DNA of 64,000 nucleotides from an uncultured Muribaculaceae bacterium (GCA_948665475.1 CAPNHY010000008.1:5928-69927), one strand, 5' to 3'. Counted from the first letter of the stretch, positions 40,611 to 50,657 are shown. Notes: a model not told the origin generated them from the sequence alone. Program-made: numbers and translations.

Positions 40611-40869
40611 AAAAGCGTAGGAATCTGTATCTGTTACCGTCCTACACCTTGAGGCTTCTCGCATTGCCCATCGAAGTCGGACGGCAACGCAGAAGCCCAC
40701 GCTTGTATATGCAATTGATGCTCCGGGCTGTATTTCTCACGAAATAGCAAGCCGGATGCAAGATAATCACATATCCACGGGCATCTACCGTTGCACAATC
40801 CTTGACTTCGATGTGAAATTTTGCGAGAATTTCAAGGTGTCAAGAATCAGCGCGGATAAACGCTTTCTT
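40611..40869 (-). ncRNA. Putative long stem-loop 5' leader RNA
   Basis: Nested blocks ACACCTTGA/TCAAGGTGT, TTCTCGCA/TGCGAGAA, CATCGAAGTC/GACTTCGATG, GCAACG/CGTTGC, TCCGG/CCGGA, TATTTC/GAAATA. Confidence 0.6.
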
Positions 40870-41031
40870 ATGTATGTTCACTACATCCCGCACCGCTTAA
40901 CCCCAGACCGGGGCTTCTGCGAAACGGTCTGCGCTGCGAATTTACAAAAAAATATAAAACTGAGCAACTTGATGTTGAAAAAGTCAAAAAAATCTGCGCA
41001 TAACATACTGTTACGCCATTATTGATTTCCC

Positions 41032-41154
41032 CCTCTTACCTATCCCCTATCAACTATCAACTGACAGAAAGGAAGCCCGCCGCGCTTCGCGGGCTTCCGA
41101 TTCCGTCACCTTATAGATACCTCGAATTGTAGGGACGCACGGCTCGTGCGTCCG
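41032..41154 (+). repeat. Right copy of imperfect direct repeat (with hairpin 41071-41098 and REP)
   Basis: 31 bp with one mismatch plus 35 bp identical to 26177-26270. Confidence 0.9.
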
Positions 41155-41212
41155 AATGTTGACAGCTGGTAATCAGTTTGTTACGCGGACACACGAGCCG
41201 TGTGTCCCTACA
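41128..41212. repeat. Inverted REP doublet (REPIN-like)
   Basis: TGTAGGGACGCACGGCTCGTGCGTCCG ... CGGACACACGAGCCGTGTGTCCCTACA. Confidence 0.85.
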
Positions 41213-41326
41213 TTCAAGATGAAAATATCGAGTTTCGCACAATCAAAAAGCTATCCGGAAACAAAATATAAAAGCAGCGGCACGGATAGTCCGCGCCGCT
41301 GAGATGCTTTTGATGGGAACCGCCTC

Positions 41327-42829
41327 TTACTGGATGGGCTTGAATGTGAAGCGGGTGATGACGCCGCGCCAGATGGCGTCGTTGAGCGAGCCGTCGGCGT
41401 TTTGGCCGCCGAAGAGGTAGATGTAGGGAGCGTCCCACTCGGTAATGGGCGCTGTGGCGCGACTTGCCGACGCGCCTTCAAGGCGTGCGCCAAGCGGCAG
41501 ACGCACGGCGCCGAACTCGCGCCATGCCGAGGTGCGGCTGATGCTGAGGGTCTTGTCGGCTACGATGGCCTGTGCGTTGTAGACGCAGGGCATCTCGGGT
41601 GCGGGCTGGAGCAGCGAGTCGGCTTTCTGCCAGTGCATGCCCCAGTCGCGGCTCATGTAGACGGTGCGGTTGACGGTGCCGTCGGCTTTGCGGCCGCCGA
41701 AGCTGAGCAGGGTGGGGAACACCTCGGGACGCCACGTGATGTTGGTGGCGCGCAGCGAGTAGTAGGGTGCCACGGCGGGAGCCTCAAGGCCTTCGGGAAG
41801 GCCTTTTGCGCTGAGCTTGGCCCAGTTGCGTCCGTCGAAGCCGTAGGTGTCGGAGCTGAGCGAGCCGTCGGCGCGGCGGCCGCCGGTGATGACTATCTGC
41901 GGGCTCGACGAGCTGCCGGCTGTCAGCGTAACGGCTGGGGAGAATGCCTCGACGGGCATGCCTTCGGGCATGGCTATCACGTGGTTGACTGAGGGATAGG
42001 TGTCGATGGCGTAGCTGCTGCCGGCGCGGGTGCAGCCTATGAGGCAGGAGCCGAGGTAGCCGTAGATGGCGTGGAAGCGGGCGTTGGTCGCGCTCCAGGG
42101 GCCGGCGGCTGCGGCGGCATGGTAGAGCGTGCCGTCGGCGGCGAGGGCGTAGAAGCCGTCGGCTCCGGCGGTGATGCTGTTGATGTCCATGTCGAAGCCG
42201 GGGGTGAATGTCTCGGCGTTCCAGGCTGCATAATCGCCGGTTGCGCCTACGACGTAGCCGGTGCCGTCGGTGCTGAAGGTGTAGGCCGTGCCGTCCTTGA
42301 GCACGGTGCGCTGGGCCGTGGCGTTGCCGGGCACGGGCAGGGCGGTGTAGGCCGAGGAGCCCCAGCACAGCGAGTCGCTGACAACGTTGTGCACGTTGAC
42401 GCTGACGCGGTAGGTCTTTTTGTTGAGGCCGCTGAGCGACGTCACTTCCAGGCGTACGGGACCGTTGGAGAAGTCGATGGTATCGGAGCTGTGCTCGAGG
42501 TAGTTGACCACGGAGTCCTCCTTGCCGACGCGGGGAATGTAGAGCGTCACGGCGGAGGCGTTGTCGGTGGTAATGTTGGCGGCCAGGCCGTTGATGCGTG
42601 TGTCTTTGGGGAGGGAATCGGCGTTGAAAATCTCTCCGGCCACGAGGTCGATGGAGAAGAAGACGCTGTCGAGGTCGGCCAGTATCTTGTTGTTTTCTAC
42701 GAGAGAGAACCCTTTGACGATGGCGCTGCCGTCGAGCTCGGCTTCGTGGTACTCGGTGTCGCTTGAGTTGCATGCGGCAAGAGAGCACGTCGCAGCAAAC
42801 GCCATTATGATTGCTTGTTTCTTAATCAT
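41327..42829 (-). CDS. DUF6242-like lipoprotein
   Basis: Lipobox LAAC; FSIDL..EIFNADSLP, YMSRDWGMHW; downstream of ribD. Confidence 0.75.
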   Translation of the reverse strand: MIKKQAIIMAFAATCSLAACNSSDTEYHEAELDGSAIVKGFSLVENNKILADLDSVFFSIDLVAGEIFNADSLPKDTRINGLAANITTDNASAVTLYIPRVGKEDSVVNYLEHSSDTIDFSNGPVRLEVTSLSGLNKKTYRVSVNVHNVVSDSLCWGSSAYTALPVPGNATAQRTVLKDGTAYTFSTDGTGYVVGATGDYAAWNAETFTPGFDMDINSITAGADGFYALAADGTLYHAAAAAGPWSATNARFHAIYGYLGSCLIGCTRAGSSYAIDTYPSVNHVIAMPEGMPVEAFSPAVTLTAGSSSSPQIVITGGRRADGSLSSDTYGFDGRNWAKLSAKGLPEGLEAPAVAPYYSLRATNITWRPEVFPTLLSFGGRKADGTVNRTVYMSRDWGMHWQKADSLLQPAPEMPCVYNAQAIVADKTLSISRTSAWREFGAVRLPLGARLEGASASRATAPITEWDAPYIYLFGGQNADGSLNDAIWRGVITRFTFKPIQ

Positions 42830-42917
42830 GTGATGATAAGTTTTCAAGCTGCAAAATTAAAATTTTGCGGGCAAGTGGGCAAACAATTGCCGATATTTGA
42901 TTCGATTTAATTTAATT

Positions 42918-43943
42918 TTATAGGTTTTTAACGTCGACGAGGGGGCTTTGCGAGTAGAAGTGTATGCTGTTGCCGTCGACGATGTCGGTTCTCGCGGGCA
43001 TCACGGGCAATACGGGCGCCGGCGCCGTGCCGTCTGCGCCGAAGCGCTGCGGCGATACCTCCACCCTTGCGGCGTCCCAGAGGCCGGAATCCACGAATGA
43101 GGCCAGCACGCGGCTGCCGCCCTCCACCATGAGCGACGTGATGCCGTGCTCGCGGTAGAGCACGGGGAGCAGCTCCGCCGGGTCGGTGGCCGAACGGACG
43201 ATGATGGGGTCGCGCTGCATGATGCGCGCCGTGCGGGGCACGCGGCCGCGGCGGTCGGGAATCACGGGGCGGGGCGCACGGCCGCCGGGCCACAGACGCG
43301 AGTCGAGGCGCGGGTCGTCGGCCAGTACGGTGCCGCTTCCGGCAAGGATGGCGTCGCACATGGCGCGCAGACGGTGCGTGAGAAGCGACGTCAGCGGAGT
43401 GGATATACGGGCCGCCGCACCGCCGGGCTGACGGCGGCGGTCAAGGAAGCCGTCGGCGCTCTGCGCCCACTTCAGCAGCACGAAGGGGCGTTGCTGCGTG
43501 TGCGCGATGATGAAGCGGGCGTTCAGGCGCAGACTTTCCTGCGCGAGCACGCCGGTGACTACCTCCGTTCCGGCCTCGCGCAGCATGGCTATGCCGCGGC
43601 CGTTGACGGCGGGGAAGGGGTCGGAGGCGCCTACCACCACCCGCGGGATGCGCTTGCTGATGATGAGCTCCGCGCATGGCGGCGTCTTGCCCCAGTGCGA
43701 GCACGGCTCGAGGGTCACGTACATGGTGCTGTGCGGCAGCAGCTCGGGACGTCGCACCGAGGCTATGGCGTTCACCTCGGCGTGGCCCTCGCCGCAGCGG
43801 CGGTGCCAGCCTTCGCCTATGATGCCGCCGTCGGGGCCGACGATGACGGCGCCCACCATCGGGTTGGGCGACGTGTGGCCTGCGCCCAGGGCGGCAAGCT
43901 GCAGGGCGCGGCGCATGAAGCGCTCTTCTACGTCAAAGCTCAT
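42918..43943 (-). CDS. ribD: Riboflavin biosynthesis deaminase/reductase RibD
   Basis: PNPMVGAV, HAEVNA, TLEPCSHWGKTPPC, KWAQSADG, VEGG. Confidence 0.96.
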   Translation of the reverse strand: MSFDVEERFMRRALQLAALGAGHTSPNPMVGAVIVGPDGGIIGEGWHRRCGEGHAEVNAIASVRRPELLPHSTMYVTLEPCSHWGKTPPCAELIISKRIPRVVVGASDPFPAVNGRGIAMLREAGTEVVTGVLAQESLRLNARFIIAHTQQRPFVLLKWAQSADGFLDRRRQPGGAAARISTPLTSLLTHRLRAMCDAILAGSGTVLADDPRLDSRLWPGGRAPRPVIPDRRGRVPRTARIMQRDPIIVRSATDPAELLPVLYREHGITSLMVEGGSRVLASFVDSGLWDAARVEVSPQRFGADGTAPAPVLPVMPARTDIVDGNSIHFYSQSPLVDVKNL

Positions 43944-44811
43944 CGTAGGGTGGAGTGAATGTGTCGCCGAGCGTGGGGTCGCCCGTGGCGAGGCCTTTCT
44001 TCAGCCATGCCACACGCTGCGCCGAGCGTCCGTGGTTGAACGAGTCGGGCATCTCGCGGCCGTAGGCCTTGCGCTGGAGATAGTCGTCGCCGATCTTCGA
44101 CGCGGCGGCAATGGCTCGCTCGGCGTCGCCCGGCTCGAGGCTGCCGAAGAGCGCGTTGTCGCGGTTGGCCCAGACGCCGGCCAGGAAGTCGGCCTGAAGT
44201 TCCAGGCGCACGCTCATGCGGTTGCTTTCGGTCTCGCTCATGCGGCTCATGGCCGCGTGGGCTTCGTCGAGGGTGCCGAGCAGATGCTGCACATGGTGGC
44301 CCACCTCGTGGGCTATGACGTAGGCGTAAGCGAAGTCGCCTCCCGCGCCGATGTTGCGCTCCATGTCCTTGAAGAAGTCAAGGTCGATGTACACCGTCTC
44401 GTCGGCCGAGCAGTAGAACGGCCCCACCTGCGATGTGGCATGTCCGCAGCCGCTGTTGACGGCTCCGCTGTAAATCACCATCCTGGGGCACTCGTATTCG
44501 CCCCATCCCTGGCGGCGGAATTCCTGCGTCCATACGTCCTCGGTGCCTGCCAGCACCTTCGAGGCCAGCTCGTAGAGGCGCTGGTCCTCGGCTGTCAGCT
44601 CGGTGTCGGCGCCCATGTCGCCGCCCAGGGAGATACCTCCCTGCTGCATCACGTTGCTGAACACGTCGCCGATTCCGCCGCCATTCAGCAGTGTCATCAG
44701 TGCGACGATAATGATGCCTGCGATGCCTCCGCCGATGCCTATGCGCCTGCCTGCCGGGCCGCGCCGACGGTCGCTGACGTTGTCGCTGAGTCTTCGTCCG
44801 TTAAGTCTCAT
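43933..44811 (-). CDS. YpfJ-like neutral zinc metallopeptidase
   Basis: GPFYC, AYVIAHEVGHHVQ, LELQAD. Confidence 0.92.
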   Translation of the reverse strand: MRLNGRRLSDNVSDRRRGPAGRRIGIGGGIAGIIIVALMTLLNGGGIGDVFSNVMQQGGISLGGDMGADTELTAEDQRLYELASKVLAGTEDVWTQEFRRQGWGEYECPRMVIYSGAVNSGCGHATSQVGPFYCSADETVYIDLDFFKDMERNIGAGGDFAYAYVIAHEVGHHVQHLLGTLDEAHAAMSRMSETESNRMSVRLELQADFLAGVWANRDNALFGSLEPGDAERAIAAASKIGDDYLQRKAYGREMPDSFNHGRSAQRVAWLKKGLATGDPTLGDTFTPPYDEL

Positions 44812-44869
44812 GTCGATTCAATTATAAATGTGTCTGCAAATATAAACAAAATCGACCGAAAAAACGCAC

Positions 44870-46327
44870 TCAGCGGAAGACAACGTTGTCCACGTGCTCG
44901 CCGATGAAGATGCGGGCGAAGTCGGAGGTCTTGTACCACTTGGGCTTGCCGGGCATGTCGTCCGAGATCTTCTGTCCGTTGATGACGAGGTTGTCGAAGG
45001 TGATGTTCGACACCTTGCGCGTGTCGTCGTAGCCGGCGATTATCGACAGCTCGGCGTTCCTGCCGTTATACTCGATGTCCTTGAAGAGGACGTCGCTGAC
45101 CGATGTGCCCGGAGCCGCGCAATATTTCTTGTTGAAGAAGATGCGGATGTTGACGAGCTGCCCCTGGCGGAAGTCCTCGACGCGTATATCGTCGAAAGTG
45201 ACGCGCCGCACCACGTTGTTGTCGCCGCAGCTTATGCCGAAGCACCCCTGATAGTCGATCTGTCGTTCCTGGTGGTCGAGGATGTCGATGTTGCGGTAGA
45301 GAATGTCGCTGATGGTGTCGGCCGGAGCGTCGAGGCCTATCTCGGTGGCGCTGCCGTGCAGGCCTATCATGATGGGATGCGCCACGTCGGCCCAGAGAGT
45401 GGAGTTCTCCATGGCGATGTTGCGGCAGCCTCCGCGGAAGCCCTTGCGGGTGGCGTAGACGGTGGAGCAGTCGTCGCTGTTGCGGCAGAAGACGCGGTCG
45501 TAGTGCACGTTGTTGCTGGCGAAGACGTTCATACCGTCGCCCCAGCCGTAGTAGCTGATGGCCTTGACGTTGCTGACGCTGACGGAGTCGCTGCCGCCCA
45601 CGGGGAGCTGGGTGACGACTATGCCGTCGGCCTTGATGCGGCGCGAGTTGCGCACCTCGATGCCTGCACCGCGTCCGGCGGGGTGAATCTCGCCGCGCCC
45701 GCAGAAGGTGACGTCGCTGACGCTGTCGGCAAGCAGCGTCCCGAGCACGCGGGCGCCGCCGTCCACATATACCGTGGTGCCCGAGGGCACCTTCATGCCG
45801 CCGCCTTCGATTTTATGCAGCCCCGGGCCGAAGTATATCAGCCGGCTGCCTTTGCGTCCCGCGCGCTTGATTTCGCGTGGCGAGGGGCGCATGCTGTCGA
45901 GGGGGTTGGCGAAGAGGTGCAGATTGTGGAATATGTCGCCGTTGACCTCCACCGAGAGATTGGCCGGGTTGTCGAGCGTGAATGTGAGCGTGGAGTCGGC
46001 TGCGGTGTGGGCGATGCCGTACGACAGCGGGCGGATGCGGCTCTGCGCGATGGCTCCCTTGTTGTAGCGCACCCGCACCTCCACGGTGCCGTCGAAGTCG
46101 AAGTAGGCCATGGATGCCGTCTCGGCGTAATGCTTCGTGCCGCGTACCTCGTCCACCTTCATGGGGTAAACGGCCACGGGTCGCCATGCCTCGCCGGGCT
46201 GCCGCACCTGCACGGTGAAGTCGTCGAGTGTTTCTACGCCGGGTCCGGCGGGGTAGGTGACGAGTTCGGCGTGCATGCATGCCGACGCTGCGAATAGTGC
46301 TGATATAAGTAATGCTGTTCTGCTCAT
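44870..46327 (-). CDS. Secreted parallel beta-helix glycoside hydrolase (GH28-like)
   Basis: Signal peptide; YFGPGLH, WGDG, RNSDDC, WADVAHPI. Confidence 0.75.
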   Translation of the reverse strand: MSRTALLISALFAASACMHAELVTYPAGPGVETLDDFTVQVRQPGEAWRPVAVYPMKVDEVRGTKHYAETASMAYFDFDGTVEVRVRYNKGAIAQSRIRPLSYGIAHTAADSTLTFTLDNPANLSVEVNGDIFHNLHLFANPLDSMRPSPREIKRAGRKGSRLIYFGPGLHKIEGGGMKVPSGTTVYVDGGARVLGTLLADSVSDVTFCGRGEIHPAGRGAGIEVRNSRRIKADGIVVTQLPVGGSDSVSVSNVKAISYYGWGDGMNVFASNNVHYDRVFCRNSDDCSTVYATRKGFRGGCRNIAMENSTLWADVAHPIMIGLHGSATEIGLDAPADTISDILYRNIDILDHQERQIDYQGCFGISCGDNNVVRRVTFDDIRVEDFRQGQLVNIRIFFNKKYCAAPGTSVSDVLFKDIEYNGRNAELSIIAGYDDTRKVSNITFDNLVINGQKISDDMPGKPKWYKTSDFARIFIGEHVDNVVFR

Positions 46328-46379
46328 GTCGTTTGATGAATGGTTTTAATATCCAATACGTGTGAGCAAGGCTTATTAC

Positions 46380-46913
46380 CTATATAAACACTGCGCCTAC
46401 CGCCACGAGGTATTCCGGCAGAGTTTCTTCTGCGGGCCACAGAAGCCTGACACCCAGCAGTTCGCCGAGCGTGCGCTCTATGTCGAAGCCGAGAGCTTCC
46501 AGCGACGGACGCAGCAGCTCCGGGTGCCGGCACGGTTCCCCCTCCGGACGCGTGCATCCCTCCTCGCAGATGCGGCACCCTCCTATGCCCGTGAACGCAC
46601 GGCCTCCGGTGGCCTGCTCCAGCGCCAGCAGCTCTTTCTGCAGCCGGATGCGCGCGGCTGCAAAGTAAGCTTCGGCCTCTGATGCGGGCTGATGTGGCAC
46701 AGACGGCTTGACACGGACGGCGCGCAGCAGTACGCGCGAGCTTCTGGTCAGGACCGTCTCGACCTCCGGCGGCAGCGGCGGGCACGCCCACGTGGTGCCG
46801 TAGACGGGACATGCCTTGCATAACTCCTCAAAGCGTGGCACGTCGCGGAAACGGCTCAGGTAGTCGCGCGCGTCGGTCTCGGCGGCGAGTATCTCGATGG
46901 TGTACTGCGTCAC
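46380..46913 (-). CDS. DUF2284 predicted metal-binding protein
   Basis: CKACPVYGTTWACPP, GGCRIC..C..CRHP..RPSLEALG; GTG start overlapping the upstream TGA. Confidence 0.8.
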   Translation of the reverse strand: MTQYTIEILAAETDARDYLSRFRDVPRFEELCKACPVYGTTWACPPLPPEVETVLTRSSRVLLRAVRVKPSVPHQPASEAEAYFAAARIRLQKELLALEQATGGRAFTGIGGCRICEEGCTRPEGEPCRHPELLRPSLEALGFDIERTLGELLGVRLLWPAEETLPEYLVAVGAVFI

Positions 46914-47098
46914 TTCGGGTTGAACGATCCTATTTCGATAAGGTTGCCGTCGGGGTCGGCTATATAGCATGTGCGCTGTCCCCAGGGCATTGTCGTCGGC
47001 GGGAACACGCTGCGGGCTCCTGCGGCCGTGCACCGTGCGTACTCGGCATCCACCCGGGCGTAGTTGTCGGTGAAGAATCCGATAGTGTTGAATTTCAT
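46910..47098 (-). CDS. Short glyoxalase/VOC-family protein (possibly N-truncated)
   Basis: PTTMPWGQRTCYIADPDGNLIEI; only 62 aa. Confidence 0.7.
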   Translation of the reverse strand: MKFNTIGFFTDNYARVDAEYARCTAAGARSVFPPTTMPWGQRTCYIADPDGNLIEIGSFNPK

Positions 47099-47163
47099 TG
47101 GACTGATTGGTTAAGTGATGAACGGTGTCAAAGTTACAAAAAAATCGTGGATGCGACGAAGCG

Positions 47164-47349
47164 TCAGACGGCGGCGGCCGCCGTGGTTCGGTTCTGATAG
47201 AAGCGCAGGACGCCGAGTACCATAAGCTGTAACGGCGACAGATGGCGTTCTTCGATATTGCCGCGGAGTGCCCAGGCCATAATGCGGCGTTCGTTACGGG
47301 GCAGGCTGCGCAGAGCGCGGACGGTACGGGGTGTGAGGACAGATGTCAT
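47164..47349 (-). CDS. Small hypothetical protein
   Basis: MTSVLTPRTVRALRSLPRNERR..LSPLQ; TACCTTTG -7 element just upstream. Confidence 0.5.
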   Translation of the reverse strand: MTSVLTPRTVRALRSLPRNERRIMAWALRGNIEERHLSPLQLMVLGVLRFYQNRTTAAAAV

Positions 47350-47486
47350 GGCGGTAGTGTTTTTTTGGTTACGACGCAAAGGTAGTGGCAGCCGTGTGCC
47401 GATTCGGAACACAGTTTTGTGAATAAAAGTTAATAAGTCAAATTTGCGCTATATTGAGTAATTTTATGTTAAAAAACATTAATAAA

Positions 47487-47517
47487 TTGGGGGGGGTAAA
47501 AATTATGGTTAAATTTG
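47487..47517 (+). promoter_or_regulatory. susC promoter (-33 TTG / -7 TAAATTTG) with G8 tract
   Basis: TTGGGGGGGGTAAAAATTATGGTTAAATTTG; 20-nt spacer. Confidence 0.6.
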
Positions 47518-47609
47518 TCGCAGATAAAGGGCGGCATGTCTAATACCGTAGCCGTCCGGTGTAGAGAAATAGAGATTATTAATACATACAACTATCAATT
47601 TTCATTTGC

Positions 47610-50600
47610 ATGAAGTACATTTGTTTCCAAATGACTCGGAAAGCTTGGCTTGTGCTTACATTAGTGCTTTGCCTCGCATTCCCCGCTTTGGCGCAGACGC
47701 ACGTCGTCACAGGCACAGTCTATGAGCCTGAGGGCGATCCTGCCATAGGCGCCAGCGTCACGCTCAAGGGTCAGACCACGGGCGTAGCCACGGACATCGA
47801 CGGCAACTACCGCATCGAAGCGCCCGCCAACGGCGTCCTCGTATTCTCCTACATCGGCTGCGAGCCGCAGGAGGTGGCTATCAACGGCAGAAACACCATC
47901 AACGTGAATCTCAAGACCAACGCCGTAGCCATGAACGAGCTCGTTGTCGTGGGCTACGGTGTCGTGAAGAAGAGCGACGCCACCGGTTCCGTATCAGTGG
48001 TAAAGCCCGATGAAATCGAGGCCGGCCTGGCAACATCGGCCCAGGACCTGCTGGTAGGCGCAAGCCCCGGCGTGGTCGTCACCACCGACGGCGGTAACCC
48101 CGCAGGCGGCGCCGACATCATCATCCGCGGCGGCGCATCGCTGGCTGCTTCCAACAAGCCCCTTATCGTCATTGACGGCGTGCCCATGGAGAACCAGAGC
48201 GTCAAGGGCTCCAGCAACCCCCTCGGCCTCATCTCGCCCGAGAACATCGAGAGCATGACTATCCTGAAGGATGCTTCCGCAACCGCTATCTATGGTTCGC
48301 GCGCGAGCAACGGTGTCATCATCATCACCACCAAGAAGGGACAAAGCGGCAAACCGCAGATCAACTTCACGGCCAACATGTACGTCAACACCGCCCGCAA
48401 GACCCTCGACATGATGGACGGCAACACGTTCGCCAACTATGTCACCGCACTCTACGGCCCCGACTCGAAGCCGGCAGCATCGCTCGGCGTGGACGGCACC
48501 ATCTACAACACCAACTGGCAGGACGAAGTGCTCCGCACCTCCGTCAGCTCCGACTACTCGCTGAGCGTAGGCGGCACGGCAGGCAAGGTGCCTTACCGCG
48601 CATCGCTGAGCTACACCAACAACAACGGTATCATCAAGACCACCGCCATGGACCGCGCCGCCCTCAGTCTGAGCGTGACTCCGACCTTCTTCGATGACCT
48701 GCTCAGCGTCAACGCCAACCTCAAGGGTGCCTACATCACCAACCGCTACCAGAAGGGCGTGCTCGGCGGAGCCGTAAGCTTCAACCCCACGCTGCCCGTG
48801 TTCATGCCCGGCGGCAACAACCTCAACAACTACACCAGCTACGGCGCAGGCGGCGCCCTCATCAGCGGCGACAACGGAGCGAGCATCAACACCATCCACT
48901 CGCTCAACCCCGTGGCAGAGCTTCAGGACTACAATTCCAATTCTAAGGTGTACCAGAGCATCGGCAACCTTCAGCTCGACCTGAAGATGCCTTTCCTGCG
49001 CGAGCTCCGCGCCAACCTCAACCTCGCCTACGACTACAGCCACGGCGAGTGCACCAACTACGACCATCCGTTCTCGCCCGCAGCATGGAAGTCGGGCCAC
49101 TATGTGGCCGGCAGCGACAACATCGTACGCGACGGCTACACCACTCTCTACAAGGAGAACGAGGAACGCTACAACCTGCTGCTCGACTTCTACCTCAACT
49201 ACAACAAGGAATTCAAGGCCATCCGTTCCAGTCTTGACGTGACCGCCGGCTACTCCTGGCAGAAATTCAAATTCAAGGGCCACAACTACAGCTACGTGAA
49301 CGCTCCCGGTCAGGAATTCGACCGCTACAAGCGCACGCCCACCGTCTACTACAGCAAGCCCTATCAGCTGCTCAGCTACTTCGGCCGCGTGAACTACAGC
49401 TTCATGGACCGCTACCTGCTCACCGTCACGGTGCGCCGCGACGGCACCAGCCGCTTCAGCAAGGATACCCGCTGGGGCACATTCCCCTCGGTAGCCTTAG
49501 GCTGGAAGCTCCTCGACGAAAGCTTCATGGAAGGCGCCCGTTCGTTCATGAACGAGCTGAAACTGCGCGCCGGCTACGGCATCACGGGTCAGCAGGACCT
49601 CGGCGAGGACTACCTCTACTTCTATCTGCCCGTGTTCAACCAGAGCACCAACATGAACCAGCAGTACGTGGGTCCTGACGGCAAGCTCTACTACACCGTC
49701 ATGCCCAACGCCTACAACGCAGCCCTGAAGTGGGAGGAAACGCACACCTGGAACGTCGGCGTGGACTTCGCATTCCTCAACAACCGCATCAACGGCAGCA
49801 TCGACTTCTACAAGCGCAAGACCAAGGACCTGCTGACGATAGCCAACTATCCCATCGGCTCCAACCTCAGCAACCGCGGCCCGCAGAACCTCGGCGACCT
49901 TGAGAACATAGGCGTAGAGCTCAACCTCGTAACGCGTCCCGTAGTCACCAAGCAACTCACCTGGACCAGCAGCTTCAACATAGCCTGGAACAAGAACAAG
50001 GTTACCCGTCTGGCCGAAGGCGCCGACACCACCACCGGCAACATCGGTACCGCCGGCGATGTGCAGAAGCATCAGGAAGGCTTCCCCGCATTCTCCTTCT
50101 GGGTTTACGAGCAGGTCTACAATGCCGACGGCAACCCGCTGGAAGGCGTATTCGTGGACCGCAACGGCGACGGCGAAATCACATCCGACGACCGCTACCT
50201 CTATCACTCCAAGGACCCGGCCGTAACCCTGAACTGGCAGAACACCGTCAGCTGGAAGAACTGGGACTTCGGCATCACCCTGCGCGGCAGCTTCGGCAAC
50301 TGGATGTACAACAAGAACGAGGTCGACAACTGCTTCGCCAGCGTAACGGCCGTTCCGCCGCTGAACAACCTGCTTGACAATACCTACATCTGGCAGAGCA
50401 CCAAGACCGACGCCATGCAGCTCAGCGACTACTTCGTGCGCAATGCCTCCTTCCTGCGCTGCGACAACATCACCGTGGGCTATACCTGGAAGGAACTCCT
50501 CAACAACGCCCTGCGCCTGCGCCTCTACGGCGCCGTGCAGAACCCCTTCGTCATCACCAAGTACAAGGGTGTAGACCCCGAGGTGTTCTCCGGCATCGAC

Positions 50601-50657
50601 TCAAGCGTGTATCCGCGTCCCATCACCTTCTCTCTCGGCGTAGTGGCCACATTCTAA
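47610..50657 (+). CDS. SusC/RagA TonB-dependent transporter
   Basis: VVVGYG, LKDASATAIYGSRASNGVIIITTKKG, LKWEET, YPRP. Confidence 0.96.
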   Translation: MKYICFQMTRKAWLVLTLVLCLAFPALAQTHVVTGTVYEPEGDPAIGASVTLKGQTTGVATDIDGNYRIEAPANGVLVFSYIGCEPQEVAINGRNTINVNLKTNAVAMNELVVVGYGVVKKSDATGSVSVVKPDEIEAGLATSAQDLLVGASPGVVVTTDGGNPAGGADIIIRGGASLAASNKPLIVIDGVPMENQSVKGSSNPLGLISPENIESMTILKDASATAIYGSRASNGVIIITTKKGQSGKPQINFTANMYVNTARKTLDMMDGNTFANYVTALYGPDSKPAASLGVDGTIYNTNWQDEVLRTSVSSDYSLSVGGTAGKVPYRASLSYTNNNGIIKTTAMDRAALSLSVTPTFFDDLLSVNANLKGAYITNRYQKGVLGGAVSFNPTLPVFMPGGNNLNNYTSYGAGGALISGDNGASINTIHSLNPVAELQDYNSNSKVYQSIGNLQLDLKMPFLRELRANLNLAYDYSHGECTNYDHPFSPAAWKSGHYVAGSDNIVRDGYTTLYKENEERYNLLLDFYLNYNKEFKAIRSSLDVTAGYSWQKFKFKGHNYSYVNAPGQEFDRYKRTPTVYYSKPYQLLSYFGRVNYSFMDRYLLTVTVRRDGTSRFSKDTRWGTFPSVALGWKLLDESFMEGARSFMNELKLRAGYGITGQQDLGEDYLYFYLPVFNQSTNMNQQYVGPDGKLYYTVMPNAYNAALKWEETHTWNVGVDFAFLNNRINGSIDFYKRKTKDLLTIANYPIGSNLSNRGPQNLGDLENIGVELNLVTRPVVTKQLTWTSSFNIAWNKNKVTRLAEGADTTTGNIGTAGDVQKHQEGFPAFSFWVYEQVYNADGNPLEGVFVDRNGDGEITSDDRYLYHSKDPAVTLNWQNTVSWKNWDFGITLRGSFGNWMYNKNEVDNCFASVTAVPPLNNLLDNTYIWQSTKTDAMQLSDYFVRNASFLRCDNITVGYTWKELLNNALRLRLYGAVQNPFVITKYKGVDPEVFSGIDSSVYPRPITFSLGVVATF

